Below are positions 1 to 13,089 of a stretch of DNA of 64,000 bases, piece after piece. The notes under the pieces are model-generated. The model was not told the origin of the DNA. It was given only the letters and a program-made list of their open reading frames with translations, and made no database searches. Each line of letters begins with the position of its first letter. Within the stretch, counting starts at the first letter, position 1. The stretch lies in the NCBI GenBank assembly GCA_047967505.1, contig CM106538.1. One strand, given 5' to 3'. The translations under genes and the position numbers were made by a program. The DNA comes from Dipteris shenzhenensis. Its lineage: Eukaryota.

Positions 1-1130
1 TCTTGTTTCTTCTTCAATTTCTCTTTCTCTCTTTCTCTCTTTTCCTCTCTTCTCTTTCTTCTATTTCTCTTCTTTCCATTGCTTTTTCTATTTTTCTCTC
101 TCTTTCTCTTTTTCTCTTTTCCTGTCTTTTCCTCTCTTTCTCTTTCTCTTTCTCTTTCTCTCTTTTCTCTCTTCCTCTTTCTCTCTTTCTGCCTTCCTGT
201 CTTTTCCTCTCTTTCTCCTACATTCTTTCTTCTTTATTTGTTCTTCTCTCTTTTCCTCTTTCTCTCTTTCTCTCTTTCCTCTATTGTCCTTCTTCTATTT
301 CTCTTCTTTCAATCTCTTTCTCTCTCCCTCTTTCTCTCTTTTCCTCTCTCTTTTCTCTTTCTCTCTTCCTATTTTCTCTTTCTCTCTCCCTCTTTTTCCT
401 CTTCCTCTCTTTCTCTTTTCCTCTCTTTTCCTTTTTTCCTTTTTTCCTCTTTTCCTCTCTTCTTCTTTTTTCTATTTCTCTTTTTTTCGTCTCTTTATGT
501 CTTCCTCTTTCTCCCTTTTCCTCTTTTTTACCTCTCTTTCTCTTCTTTTTTACATCTCTTTCTCTCTTTTCTCTCTTCCTCTTCTCATTCTCTCTTTTCA
601 TCTTTCTCTCTTTTCCTATCTTCTTCTTTCTCTTCATTTCTCTTCTTTTCATCTCTTTGTCTCTTGACTATGTTCCTCTTTCTCTCTTCTCTCTTCCTCT
701 CTTTTCCTCTCTTTCTCTCGTTCCCTTACTTTCTTTTTTCTTTATTTCGTCTTCTGCCCCTCTCTCTTTCTCTTTCTCTTTCTCTTTCTCTTTCTCTCTT
801 TTCCTCTCTTCTTCTTTCTTCTATTTCTCTTCTTTTCGTCTCTTTCCATCTTTCTCTCTTCCTCTTTCTCTATTTCTCTCTTCCTCTTTCTTTCTTTTCT
901 CTCTTCCTCCTTCTCTCCTTCTCTCTTTTTCTCTCTTCTTCTTTCTTCTATTTCTCTTCTTTTCATCTTTTCATGTCTTTGTCTCTTCCACCTATCTTCT
1001 TTCTTCTTTATTTCTCTCTCTCTTTGTCTCTTACTCTTTTCCTCATTTTCTCTATTTCTCTTGCTCTTCCTGTCTTTCTCTCTTCAAGTTTTTTATCTCA
1101 GCATCGATGCCCTTTCACGCCACACCCTTG
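1..1130. repeat. Long C/T-rich low-complexity (polypyrimidine) tract
   Basis: Almost only C and T in degenerate (CT)n/(CTTT)n units; the F/L/S-rich ORFs over it are compositional artefacts. Confidence 0.95.
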
Positions 1131-1754
1131 TGTCACTTGTAATCCACAAATGTTTGTAGTTTTTTTACGTTTGAGGAAGAGAGAGAGAGAGTGATCTCAA
1201 GCAATGCTAGGGTTTCGGTGATGGAGTGATGCTAGGGAGACAGAGGTGCTACTGTGGGGATGGAGCGATGGAAGAGTGATCCCAAGCAATGCTAGGGTTC
1301 TAGTGATGGAGAGATTGTAGGGAGAGAGAGAGGTGCCAATATGGGGAGGACGGAAGTAGAGGGTCACACTATCATTAGGGCAGAAGCAACAGGAGAGATA
1401 GGATGTAGGACCATGGTTTAGGGGCTATCATATTTTTTGAGAATTGTCTCCCCACCTTCAGGGGCTCTCAAAAAACATCATAATATGATCCTATTCCATC
1501 ATAGGATTTCACACACAAGAAGACATCGATGGACGAGGTTCCCCAAGTAGGTCCTCCACTACTATTTTCTTGTGTGTGAAATCCCTTCGTCCTATCTCTC
1601 CCTCTAATTATGCACTCTTGATAGCTACACCCTCTACATCTGCCCTCCCCATAGTAGCACCTCCTTCTCTCAAACCTGTGCCAAGTGATCGAATGCGTTG
1701 ATCAAATGTCTCAAAGATTGAAAAACTCTAAATAGTTGTGGATCACAAGTGACA
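1131..1754. repeat. ~620-bp imperfect fold-back (inverted-repeat) element
   Basis: Outer arms 1131-1175 and ~1710-1754 are reverse complements (TGTCACTTGT...ACAAGTGACA). Middle arms are ~1320-1410 and ~1582-1670. An inner perfect 18-bp inverted repeat, GGATTTCACACACAAGAA, lies at 1504-1521 and 1567-1584. Confidence 0.75.
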
Positions 1755-1764
1755 TGATCACTAA

Positions 1765-2440
1765 ATTTTCTCCTTGTGATTCCTTCTTTCTTCCTTTCTT
1801 CCTTTCTTCCTCTCTTTCTTCTTTGTGCATTCGTTTCACATTTTTCATGTTCTTCTCTATGCACTCTTTTTGCATTTTTGCATTCTTTTCCACATTTTTG
1901 CATTGTCTCATAGTTCTACATTCTTTTTCATTTCTACACTCTTTTTTGTATTTTTACATTCTTTTCTGCATTTTTGCATTTCTGCATTCTTTTCTACATT
2001 TATACATTGTTTTCCACATTTATGTATTCTTTTGTGTATTTTCACATTTTTGTACTCTTTTTCATAATTCTGCATTCTTTTCGTATTTTTGCACTCTTTT
2101 TCATATTTTCGCATTATTTTTGCATTTTTGCACTCTTTTCCACATTTCCTCACTCTTTCTCAATTATGCATTCTTTTTTGCATCTTTGCATGATTTTCCA
2201 CTCTTCCGTATTGTTTTTCTGCATTTTTTAATTTGTTTCCATTCTTTTCGACATTTTTGCATTCTTTTTCTCTCTTTCTCTTCTCCTCTCCTCTCTTCTC
2301 CTCTCCACTACTCTTTTTTGCATTCTTTTCTTCTCCTTTCCTCTTCCTTCTCCCTTTTTCTCTTCTTATTTTTGCGTTAACTTTTCTTTTCACATTTTCA
2401 TATTTTTATTTATTCATCTTTCTTTTTTGGGGTTTTTTTT
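1765..2440. repeat. T-rich degenerate minisatellite (TTTTTGCATTCTTTTCCACA-like units) with CT tract
   Basis: Recurrent TTTTGCA/TTTCCACA units. Confidence 0.85.
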
Positions 2441-2828
2441 AATTTATTCAACATGGATCCATAGCGCACGTCTTCCACTTCAGAGCACTCTAGCCATTCT
2501 AGGGGAGGCCATGGCCTTATGAGTCCCAAGGACTTCATAGCACAAATGAACCAATCCAACCTATAGAGATACCAGCATCTTATCCAGTCTTGGACGACAT
2601 AATATCGCACCTCTCCTAGCGCATCGGGTCTCCCTAGTGCTAGAGCACCAACATTGCTTACCCAACAAGTGTCACTTCACATTTGGTCAGGCATTTGTCA
2701 CCTAGCAACTGGCATCTTGCCTCTAGGAAAAGTAAGGGTAGTAGTTGGGGTAGAGCAGCACTGCAAATGTCGATGAGATAGTGCACCTTATCCACTGGCC
2801 CCCTCGTCATTCCTCCCTCCACCACCCC

Positions 2829-3086
2829 CTCAGGGGGTTCACCTCCAAAAATTTTAATGTACCACATGCATTCCAAAGGAGGGGTATTTTAATCCCACTT
2901 TTGGAAAAAATTTAACAAAATTACAATAACAAGAGGGGGTTTTTAATTCAAATTTAGAAAAAAATCCATTATTTCATAAGTAAAGAAGGGTGGTTTTATT
3001 GGGGTGGGAAAATTAGTTGAGGGGTTCTTAAAATACCCCTTGAACGCATGTGATAACTAAGATTTCTTAGTAATGCACCCCCTGAG
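2829..3086. mobile_element. MITE (258 bp) with terminal inverted repeats and an 8-bp target-site duplication (hAT-like TSD length)
   Basis: TIRs CTCAGGGGGT(T/G)CA at both ends; subterminal inverted match CACATGC...GGGGTATTTTAA; identical flanks ACCACCCC at 2821-2828 and 3087-3094. Confidence 0.8.
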
Positions 3087-3914
3087 ACCACCCCTCACTC
3101 CACCACTCTTAGCTACACCCATCGTCCTAGCAAGACTAAGAGGGGCTCTTATTGTGGTGGGAGTCTAAATGTAGATGAGACTATACATTCCCACCTCCCC
3201 CACCATGATGAGACGCAACTTGGTACTGTCCCCATGCCTTCTCGCTCCACAACCCCCACCTCCACCCTTGGTCCCACCCAAAGTTAACCCACCACCCCAA
3301 GCTCCACCACCACTCCTATCTCACACGTTGCTTTCATACCAGAGCATATTACCTCTTGGACCTTTCATATAGTCTCAATCAAATGGCAAAGATTCTTACA
3401 GACTCAAGGAGAAATTTATAAACCCCTCGAGATATGAGTTAGTGATGATTACATGAAAGCTTGCATGGGCTTTGTACTTTGACATCATAGATCAAAGATA
3501 GGAAATAGGCTAAAGGCTAGACAGAGTAGGCCTTCGTGGGCAACAAAGAAGATTGGACACATGCCAATAAAGATCTTAGAGAAACATTGGACAAGTTTGA
3601 GAATCAAAGGAGGGCTATGGCAAGATGGCGGAACACCGTAGGTACCTTGCACCTAGGAAGTGGCAAAAAGGTATGCTATGAGGCATGGGTGGTAAGTCTA
3701 TTTCTCTTATAATTTATTGTTCTATTTGTTTCATTATCCATATATGGCACTTCATCTAATTATCTTAATTTAAGTCCATAGGAATCTGTGATTTGCCCCG
3801 TCCTCCTACAGACGTGGAGTACAGATATGAAAGGAGATTAGGAGTGATGCCATTTTCTAGGAGCTGAAGCATCAAGGATGCTACATCGATTAGGCTATGA
3901 TGGTCGCTTGCTTC

Positions 3915-4500
3915 TATTAGATATGCTCAATGCCCCACCCTCCTAGTAACCACCAATGGTCCAAGGTGCTCAAGTTGTAAGGCCCCCATATGAGGAGAAG
4001 CCAAGTGTGAGCCCATGGCACTGGATGGATCCTAACTTGCATGTCAAATGAGGTCTATCCAATGAGACCATTGATGGTAGAAAGGTGATTGTGTGGGAGC
4101 CCCTAACTCTTAACGGTATAGGGAATATTCCTTGAATATTCCATGGATGACTAGTCGGTTCCATCGACTAGGTTGACTAGTCAGCTTCACCAACTAGGTT
4201 TGCTCGTTGGTTCCACCGACTACGTTGATCCGACTACCGCCCTCATAGCTATAAAGAGGCGACCTCCCTAGTCCATTGTATTAGATTAGATCTTCCATCA
4301 ACAGAGATCTTCTAGCTAGTAGCTCTTCACCCAGTATTTGTCTAGATCGCCATCTAAGCTCCATTGTGGGAGCGCACGGGTGGATGGAGCCATCATCTGT
4401 ACTACATTAGTATTCAAGGAAAATTTTGTTCATCTCTAGTTTGCTATGTACTTTCTATTCTTTGTTTAGTTTTTGTTCTGCTGCACTATGTAATTTAACA
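3915..4500 (+). repeat. 5' LTR of Copia A
   Basis: Near-identical to 8599-9182; ends TTAACA immediately before the PBS. Confidence 0.95.
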
Positions 4501-4964
4501 TGGTATCAGAGCCCAGGTGGCTCTAACGATCGAAGATAGAAGAGAGGTGAGGGCTTCAATAGCATACAGAGTTATGGCAATAGGAAGCAGCTTAATAGGA
4601 AGCGCTCAAGTTTGGTAATTGCTGCTACACCAACAATCCATGCATTGAGGATTCACCCGCTAGCCTTCACTGAAGGCAAGCTAGGTGGTACGAAGTACAC
4701 TCTGTGGAAGTTTAAAATTACTACTATTCTAGATTCATATGAGCTTCTGGAGACAGTACTAGGGACTGGACCACAAGGAACCACCGGCCCAGCAAATCTG
4801 GGGAGTAAGATACCTTCTAATGCCGACCTTCTACGAGCTTGGAGACACAGGAATGCAGATGCTCTATGTGCCCTAGTTACAAGTACTACTGATAGTGTTT
4901 TGACCTTGATTCAGCATACATCTAAGGCAACTGTGGCATGGAACATATTGAAGATTAGTATGAG

Positions 4965-5393
4965 ATGCGAAATCCTCTTCTAACACACAAGAAAAACTCA
5001 TCGTACTTCATTTTGCTATTTCAAATAGGAAATCGCGAAGAAAACAAAGAAAAAGGCACAAAAGGCCCATATTATATATATTCTATTCTATGTATTGCTA
5101 TAGAAAAAAGATATATTGGACAAACTAGAAATCTTGAAAAACAGATAGCACAGCACCAAACCAATCCTCCATTAAAATTGAAACATGATGTTAACAGGTA
5201 CAAATCGTTCCACTCGAACTTCAAAACATAAATCCTAGCCACTACAAACTTTAAAAGCAAAGCGGATACACTCGAAGAGAAATACATAATAGAACTCAAT
5301 ACAACCGACTTGAAATATGGCTACAATAACCTCAATGGAAATCCAGCATCTACTAAAAAGCCTTACTTTCTCAAAAATAGAGACATAATCTAG
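4965..5393 (+). pseudogene. GIY-YIG endonuclease domain relic inside Copia A gag
   Basis: Reading through one TAA (5229-5231) gives ...PYYIYSILCIAIEKRYIGQTRNLEKQIAQH...ADTLEEKYIIELNTTDLKYGYNN...*. This has the YIY/YIG motifs, conserved His, catalytic Glu and the GYN motif; the usual Arg is Gln. Confidence 0.8.
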
Positions 5394-8300
5394 TATATTA
5401 GAATCCTTTGAATGATTGTACTATCGAGGATAATGTTGAGTGGGCTTTGATGTACAATGATGGTGCTGTACTTGCCAACCTGTGCATTGCTAGAGTACAT
5501 GCAGAGAGAGAAGCTCTCCAACTTGTATAAACACCCCATAATGAAATGAAGCCCACACTCTTTGGGGCATTGTGTTGAGTTCTACTTTGGTATTCCAAGA
5601 AATTGTCTCAGGTGTCCATGCTTCCTTGCACTCCACGTCCAAAAGCATGTCTTAGCCTTGTAACTCCTCCTCCCCTCTCGTCCAACCTTGCACCCCTGGA
5701 GAATTATCTCGCAACTGAGAAGTTTAATGAAGGAGAGACAGTGGAGGCATTCATAACCCGAATCAAAAATCTACGTGACTAGATGGCTGGTGTTGGGATA
5801 CAAAAGACTAGCGAAGAGCTAGCTTAGCGGTGTCTCTGGATATGTCCACCAAGGTTTGATGGATTGGTAACAGCGCTTGACACTCAAGTGAGACCCCAAC
5901 CATTATCATTTGAGGAGTTCTGTGCTTTACTTTATGGAGGAGGAATTGAGGCTTAATGCTCAAGATGGAGGCGGCAATGGGGATGCTGTGTTCTCTACCA
6001 CTACGAAAGGCAAAGGTGGTTCCTCCACCAAAGGTGAGTCCTCTACTAGTGGTGACAAAAAGAAGAAGGGCGGCAAGAAGAAGTTTCAGGGAGAATGCTT
6101 CTATTGCAAGAAGGGCCATGTGATTGCAGATTTCCAAGTCAAGAAAGCAGATGAAAAGAATGGTACCCCGAAGAAGACAAATAAGGGGAAAGAGACAGCG
6201 AACATAGCAAAAGTAGAGTTGGATCTATTTCTGGCCATTGAGGAAGAGTGTTCCTCAATTCAAGAAGCGTCAACCACCACTGATTCAAGGGTGTTGGATG
6301 GTGGTGCCTCCCGTTACATGAACTGCAAGAAGGGTCTATATTGTTCCATGCATCCTCTATAGGAATGCATCACCATGATAGTTGGTAATAACGCAAAATG
6401 CCCTATTGAGGGTATAGGTACAGTTTCATTTGTTTCTATAAATGGAGATGTTAAGAAACTATCTAATGTGTTGTATGTTCCACAAATCAAGAGAAATTTG
6501 CTATCAGTTGCTTCCATAACTGATCTTGACCATGAGGTGAGGTTCAACAAGACAAGAGAAAAAATTCTAGATAGTGCAGGAAATCTTGTTGGCACAGGAG
6601 TAAGGAGGAACAACCTGTATGAGCTAAGTGCTCTCACAGCCAGTCGGCACAAGCAGACTTTGGCACAAAAGATTCGGGCACATCGGATTTGCAGTGTTGA
6701 AGGAAATGCAAAAGCAAAGTATGGTTGCTCACTTACCTGTAGTAGCAGAAATCAAAGAATCGTGTGAAGCTTGCATGATGGGCAAGCAACAGAGAAAGGC
6801 ATTCCCACAAGAAAGCAAGAATAGAGCAAATGCTCCTCTAGAGTTGGTGCATGTTGACTTGTGTGGTAAGATGCCTATGCCATTGCCATGATGGGTAAGG
6901 CAGCTCTATGACCATGATAACCAGATGCCTATGTCTGTTGAGTAGCATGCAGATGGACCAAGGCGGTCTCAGAGAATTGAGGAGCAAAGGAGGGCTTCTG
7001 CTCACATAGTCAATATGGCCTTGATGGCTGAGATTATTGTAGAAGTAAAGGAGCCTACGAGTTTGGAGGAAGCACTTGCAGACCAAGATTGGAAAATGCT
7101 ATGCAAGTAGAATATGATAGCATCATGAAGAATGAAACTTGGGAGCTGGTAGATTGACCACCTAACAGAAGAATATTGGCACCAAGTGGGTTTGGAAGGT
7201 AAAGTACAAGGCCGATGGTACTTTGGAAAAGTACAAAGCTAGATTGGTTGCACAAGGATTTTCACAGGTTGAAGGGTTTGATTTTTAGGAATCTTTCGCT
7301 TCGACTGCCAGAATGACCACTATTCGCACAATACTATCAGTGGCTGCTCATAAAAAGTGGCCAGTTTATCAAATGGATGTTAAATCAACATTCTTGAATG
7401 GTGACCTCAAGGAGGTGTACGTGGCTTAGCCACCTAGGTTTGAAGCCCCCCATGCTAAAAACAAGGTATGTAAGCTAAAGAAGGCTCTGTACGGGATGAA
7501 ACAGGCCCCAAGAGCATGGTACCAATGGATAGACAAATTCTTTCATAAATGAAACTTCAAAATATGTGCCTCACATGCTAACTTGTATGTGTATAGGAAA
7601 GGTGGAAAATCTGCTATTATTGTTCTATATGTGGATGATCTCCTTATTACAAGTGACGATGAAGACATGATCCCGCAGACTAGAAAGGCACTGAGCATAG
7701 AGTTTGAGATGACAGACTTAGGCTTGATGCACTACTATTTGGGGATTGAAGTCTGGCAAGAGCCAGGCAAGATCTTCATCTCTCAGCAGAAATATGCAAG
7801 GGAGATCTTGAAGGCATTTGGTATGTCCAAGTGCAAGGAGATAGCTACACCTATGGAGGTAAATGCGAGGCTATCTATGGAGGCTGCCTCACCACCAGCA
7901 GACATCAGGAGGTACATGAAGTTAGTCGACAGTCTCATCTATCTATCCAACACTAGACCGGACATCAGATTTGCTATTGGCATTTTGAGCAGGTTCTCCA
8001 ATAAGCCCTGAGAGAACTATTGGAATGCAAGGATGTGGGTGCTCAGGTATGTGAATGGCACTCTTGATTATGGCATCACGTATGGTACGGGCACTTCCTT
8101 GGCTCGTCATTGTGACTCAAATTGGGCTAGTGATGTTGATTCTAGGAAATTAGTTTCTGGATATTGTTTCTCTTTAGGTACAGGTATCTCCTCTTGGATC
8201 AGTAAGAAACAACCAATAGTGGCATTGTCTTCTACCGAGGCTGAGTACAAGGCAACATATTTTGCCTGCTTGTGAAGCAGTGTGGCTAAGGAGGATCTTA

Positions 8301-8598
8301 TGGCAAATGGGAGTGCAAGAGGATGAGGCAACTGTGCTGAGGTGCAACAATCAAAGTTGCATGGCCATTGCTAAAAATCTAGTGTTTCATGCATGCACAA
8401 AACATATAGAGATTCAATATCACTATGTGCATGATTTGATCGAGAATGAGATAGTGGAATTGGTCTACTGTCCAACAAGCAAAATGGAGTAGATATCTTC
8501 ACCAAGGCACTTGAGAAGGATCAGCTTCAGGGTCATCTTCAGAGAGTCAGCATTGGGTCGAGAAGGTAGTTCACCTACGGGTGGACATTGAGGGGGGG

Positions 8599-9182
8599 TG
8601 TTAGATATGCTCAATGCCCCACCCTCCTAGTAACCACCAGTGGTCCAAGGTGCTCAAGTTGTAAGGCCCCCATATGAGGAGAAGCCAAGTGTGAGCTTGA
8701 GACATTGGATGGATCCTGACTTTCCTGTCAGATGAGGTCTATCAATTAGACCATTGATGGTAGAAAGGTGATTGTGTGGGAGCCCCTTATTCTAGACGGT
8801 ATAAGGAATATTCCTTGAATATTCCATGGATGACTAGTCGGTTCCATTGACTAGGTTGACTAGTCAGCTTCACCAACTAGGTTGGCTCGTTGGTTCCACC
8901 GACTACGTTGATCCGACTACCGCCCTCATAGCTATAAAGAGGCGACCTCCCTAGTCCATTGTATTAGATTAGATCTTCCATCAACAGAGATCTTCTAGCT
9001 AGTAGCTCTTCACCTAGTATTTGTCTAGATCGCCATCTAAGCTCCACTGTGGGAGCGCACGGGTGGATGGAGCCATCATCTGTACTACATTAGTATTCAA
9101 GGAAAATTTTGTTCATCTCTAGTTTGCTATGTACTTTCTATTCTTTGTTTAGTTTTTGTTCTGCTGCACTATGTAATTTAAC
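8599..9182 (+). repeat. 3' LTR of Copia A
   Basis: Starts TGTTAG after the G-run PPT; matches 3915-4500. Confidence 0.95.
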
Positions 9183-9494
9183 TGAAGGAACACAAATGGA
9201 GACAAAAAGTGAACACCAGTGAATGGATGTGCTCACACACGAAAGCTCCTTCAATAGATAAGAATACAAAGTACTTGGCATATATAGTGACCAAGTAGAA
9301 CATAAAAGTAAACCAAGTACTAGACTAGCCTACAAGGTCATATCTTTGTATATGTCTACAAATCCCCCCTCAAAGATATGACTGAAGTACTCTGGAAACG
9401 TGTCAGAAGTACCTAGGGCACCTAAAGTACCATGGTTGCACAAATTCATCCATCAGGATATAGCAACCTATGGGGTAACACATGAATAACAATG

Positions 9495-11566
9495 TCATTT
9501 TATAACCCCCCCTGACATTGTTGTTATATCTCGTATCCCCAAGCCGTGTCGGTGACGAGTAAAAAGTGGAGCTAACAGGCTTTTAGTGAAGATATCCGCC
9601 ACATTATCCTCAGTAGGACAATAGATAAGATCAATGAAGCCATCCTGTATACAATCCCGAACATAATGATAATGATTCTCAATATGTTTCATGCGGGCAT
9701 GAAAGACAGGTTTTTTCCCAATGGCAATGCAACTCACACTGTCACACAAAATGGAAGTGGCCTCACCATGTTGGGCATGATGCAAATCAAACATAAGCTT
9801 CCTTAACCACATTGCTTCTATAGTGGCTGCGTTTGCTGCTCTATACTCTGCTTCACTAGAGGAAAGAGAAACACGGTCTTGCTTTTTACTGAGCCAAGAA
9901 ATGCAAACTGAACCCAATGAAAAACAATAACCAGTGGTGGATTTTCTATCATCCATATCCCCTGACCAATCTGAGTCTGTGAAACCACTCAGAGAAATGT
10001 CACAATTTGTAGCATAGTGCAATCCATGAGTAAGAGTGCCTTGCAGATATCTGAGAACCCGCTTGGCTTCTTGCCAGTGTGTGACTCTAGGACAATGCAT
10101 AAACTGACTTAGCAACCCAGTGGCATGTGCAATATCAGCCCTGGTAGAACACAGATAGATAAGACTACACACCAATTGTCTGTAAAGTGTGCCATCAAAC
10201 TTCTCTGCTATGTCATGCTTTGAAAGCTTGAGTCCTTTGGTCAATGGAGTGGCCACAGGTTTGCAATTTTCCATCTTAAATTTCTGCAAGAGACTCTTTG
10301 CATACTTTGTTTGGGACATACATATCCCTTCCTGGGTTTGCCAAAACTCAATACCAAGACAATAGTGCAAGAGACCCAAATCTGTCATATCAAATGTCTA
10401 ACACAATGCTATTTTGATGGCTGCAATTTGCTGATTATGACTGCCTGTGAGTAGTATATCATCCACATAAAGAACTAAAATCAGCAAATCTGATTTTTCT
10501 TGCAGAACATAGAGGTTGGACTCTGTATGTGTGTTCACAAAGCCCTGGGACAACAAATACTGATGTATCTTGTGATACCAAGCACGGGTGCTTGTTTTAG
10601 CCCATACAATGCCTTGCATAGCCTACAAACATTGTGTTCTTGTCCTGTAACTTCAAATCCTTGGGGTTGCTGCACATAAACTTCCTCTTGTAAATCACCA
10701 TTCAAGAAGGCAGTCTTGACATCCATCTGAAAGACGGGCCAGCCATAACTTGCAGCAAGAGAGATGACAGACCGAATGGTAGTCATCTTGGCTACCGGAG
10801 CAAATGTTTCCTCATAATCCACTCCCTCCTCTTGGGCATACCCCTTGGCAACTAGCCGGGCCTTGTGTTTTTCAATAGTGCCATCTGCATGGTACTTAAC
10901 TTTATAGATCCATTTGGTACCAACCACATTCTTCCCAATGGGCTTATCAACCAAATCCCATGTGGCATTCCTTTCAATGGAACTAATTTCAGATTTCATG
11001 GCTTCCTGCCATGCGGGATGTTTCATGGCATCCTCAAATCTTTGAGGTTCAGTTTCAGCTGCCATAACTGAAGCCATCAAAGCATAATTCACCTGTGATG
11101 ATGCATTCCTTGTGGCTGTCCTGGTTCTCCCTAAAGTTGGCTGAACATTAGCCTCTCTGAGGGTCAACCGTGCCCATTTTGGGACTGAATTTGCAGCACC
11201 ACCACTGGCTTCAGCCATAGCCTTGAATATCTTGAACCAATAAAACACTTCGGATTTGTTCTTCATGAGGAAGAGCCATGTAAATCTGGAGTAGTCATCA
11301 ATGAAGGTAACAAAGTACCTTGCCCCTCTATGAGTAGTAACATTCATGGGGCCACAAACATCACTGTGCACTATTTGCAATGCTCTTATTGCTTTCACAT
11401 CACCTTTCCCATCCTTTTTGAAAGGTAAGCGGTGCAATTTGCCAAGGGCACACCCTTCACATACTTCATTAACTGGCTGCTGTAATTTTGGCATTCCAAT
11501 AACCATGTTGTTGTTAAACAAATAGGTCAAAGCCCTGTGATGGATATGGCCAAACTGGCATGCCAT
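9495..11566 (-). pseudogene. pol: Copia B pol remnant (truncated integrase, RT, RNase H; frameshifted)
   Basis: HSDVCGP and FIDDYSR, then a jump to the integrase-RT linker; [30 protein letters not shown]. Confidence 0.9.
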
Positions 11567-11604
11567 AAATCACCCTGAGATACACATGATATAGCCATAG
11601 CATG

Positions 11605-13089
11605 CTAATTATAAGGCTGAGCATCAAGCTTGTACAGCCCTTTTTCATAAGTCCCTGTAGCCACAATAGCATAACCCTTTTTAGGATATCTAATCCTGCA
11701 TTGGCTGCCTTGAAACTCTACCAACATATGTTGATCATGAGCAATGGAGGAAACTGAAATCAAATTCTTCTTCAAATCTGGAACATACCAAACATCACGG
11801 ATGTATTGTTTCTTTCCTGAACCATCCAAGAGAATAGGAACATGTCCCACTCCCGTGATATCCTGAGTGGCATCATTAGCACAAACGACATGTCTACCAT
11901 GGACTGGTATAATGTCCTCAAACCAATTTCTATGATGAGTCATATGCTTAGAAGCACCACTATCCAAGTACCAAGGATCAGTGGTGGCCAAAGATGCATC
12001 AATACCCTCTGACACTGGCTCAATAAGAGCATGAGCATGTGTAGCATGTGACATACTAGGCTCCCCCCCTGTGTCAATGATCTCATGATCCACAACACCA
12101 AAGGCAAAGTCCTTGTCATCCTGGGCATAATGTGCATGAGAAGAGGCATTTGAATTTTCAGCAGGTGCCACAGAATTACTGTTTGTAGTCCCCCTCTTCT
12201 TCTCATTAGCAATCCTCTTCTGACACTCGGCAATGTAATGACCAGGCTTTTTGCAATAGTTACATTTACCCTTTTTCTTAGAGGCAGGACTTGCCTGAGA
12301 ACTTGCATTTGCCTCACTTTTGGGCTGAAATCCATTGCTGTTTTTTTTGTGAAAGTATCCTCCTTTTGACTGAAATTTGCCCTTTCCCTGCATAGCAAGA
12401 GCTTGCTCACCTTGGCGAGATGAATGAGCAAAATTAGAGGTTCTTTCCTCTTCTTGCAGGAGCAGCCCTACCAACTCATCAAATGAGACAGGTGCAGCTC
12501 TAAGCATGATAGACAAAGAGGTAACAAAAGTGCCAAATGACGGAGCCAGGCTATTGAGAGTGAGAGTGACCAACTTTCTGTCTTCTATCTCCTCATCAAC
12601 GCCTGCTAATTGATCTCTAAGATCAGTAATCTTAGCAATATGCTCTGCAATTGTTTGCCCTTCTTCCATCTTCAACTCCTTGAGTTGATTTGTCAAAGCT
12701 AGCACTCTAGCTTCATTTTTGACCTGATACATACATGCCAGTTTAGCCCAAGCATCTTTAGCATACCTGCAGGACTTGATAGTAGACATAATGTGCCTCT
12801 TCACTGAGAGGGATATCAAAGATAAAGTCTGGGCATTTCTTCTATCAAACCTCCTTTGCTCCTCCAATAGAGCAGGAGTAGGAGCTATGGATGTAGATGT
12901 GATGGATGAAGATGAACTAGTTGCAGCAGTAGCTGGCCTAGTTTCATCACCACTCACAATGTCCCACAAGCCCTTGCCAACCAAAATATTGCGGAGCATA
13001 AATGACCACAAGGCATAGTTTGATCCTTCCAATTTATCCCCTTCAGTGATAGTGCCAAAGCTTTCAGCAAGAGACATTATTCCTGACAA
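11605..13089 (-). pseudogene. gag: Copia B gag-protease ORF
   Basis: 494-aa ORF with KLEGSNYALW, a Copia gag core, CNYCKKPGHYIAEC knuckle and WYLDSGAS protease; breaks before the integrase. Confidence 0.9.

Larger units (their letters stand above)
3915..9182 (+). mobile_element. Ty1/Copia LTR retrotransposon A (degenerate, integrase core deleted, foreign insert in gag)
   Basis: 5' LTR 3915-4500, PBS TGGTATCAGAGC 4501-4512, PPT ~8590-8598, 3' LTR 8599-9182 (last base displaced to 13858 by element B). Motifs: gag CFYCKKGH knuckle, protease LDGGAS, GAG-pre-integrase WHKRFGH, RT YVDDLL, RNase H LSSTEAEY. Many stops and frameshifts. Confidence 0.95.

Noticed and set aside
3-2442. Long F/L/S-rich and K/R/E-rich ORFs resembling membrane or charged proteins
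   Set aside because: They arise from stop-poor low-complexity CT/T tracts and are open in several frames; no domain signal.
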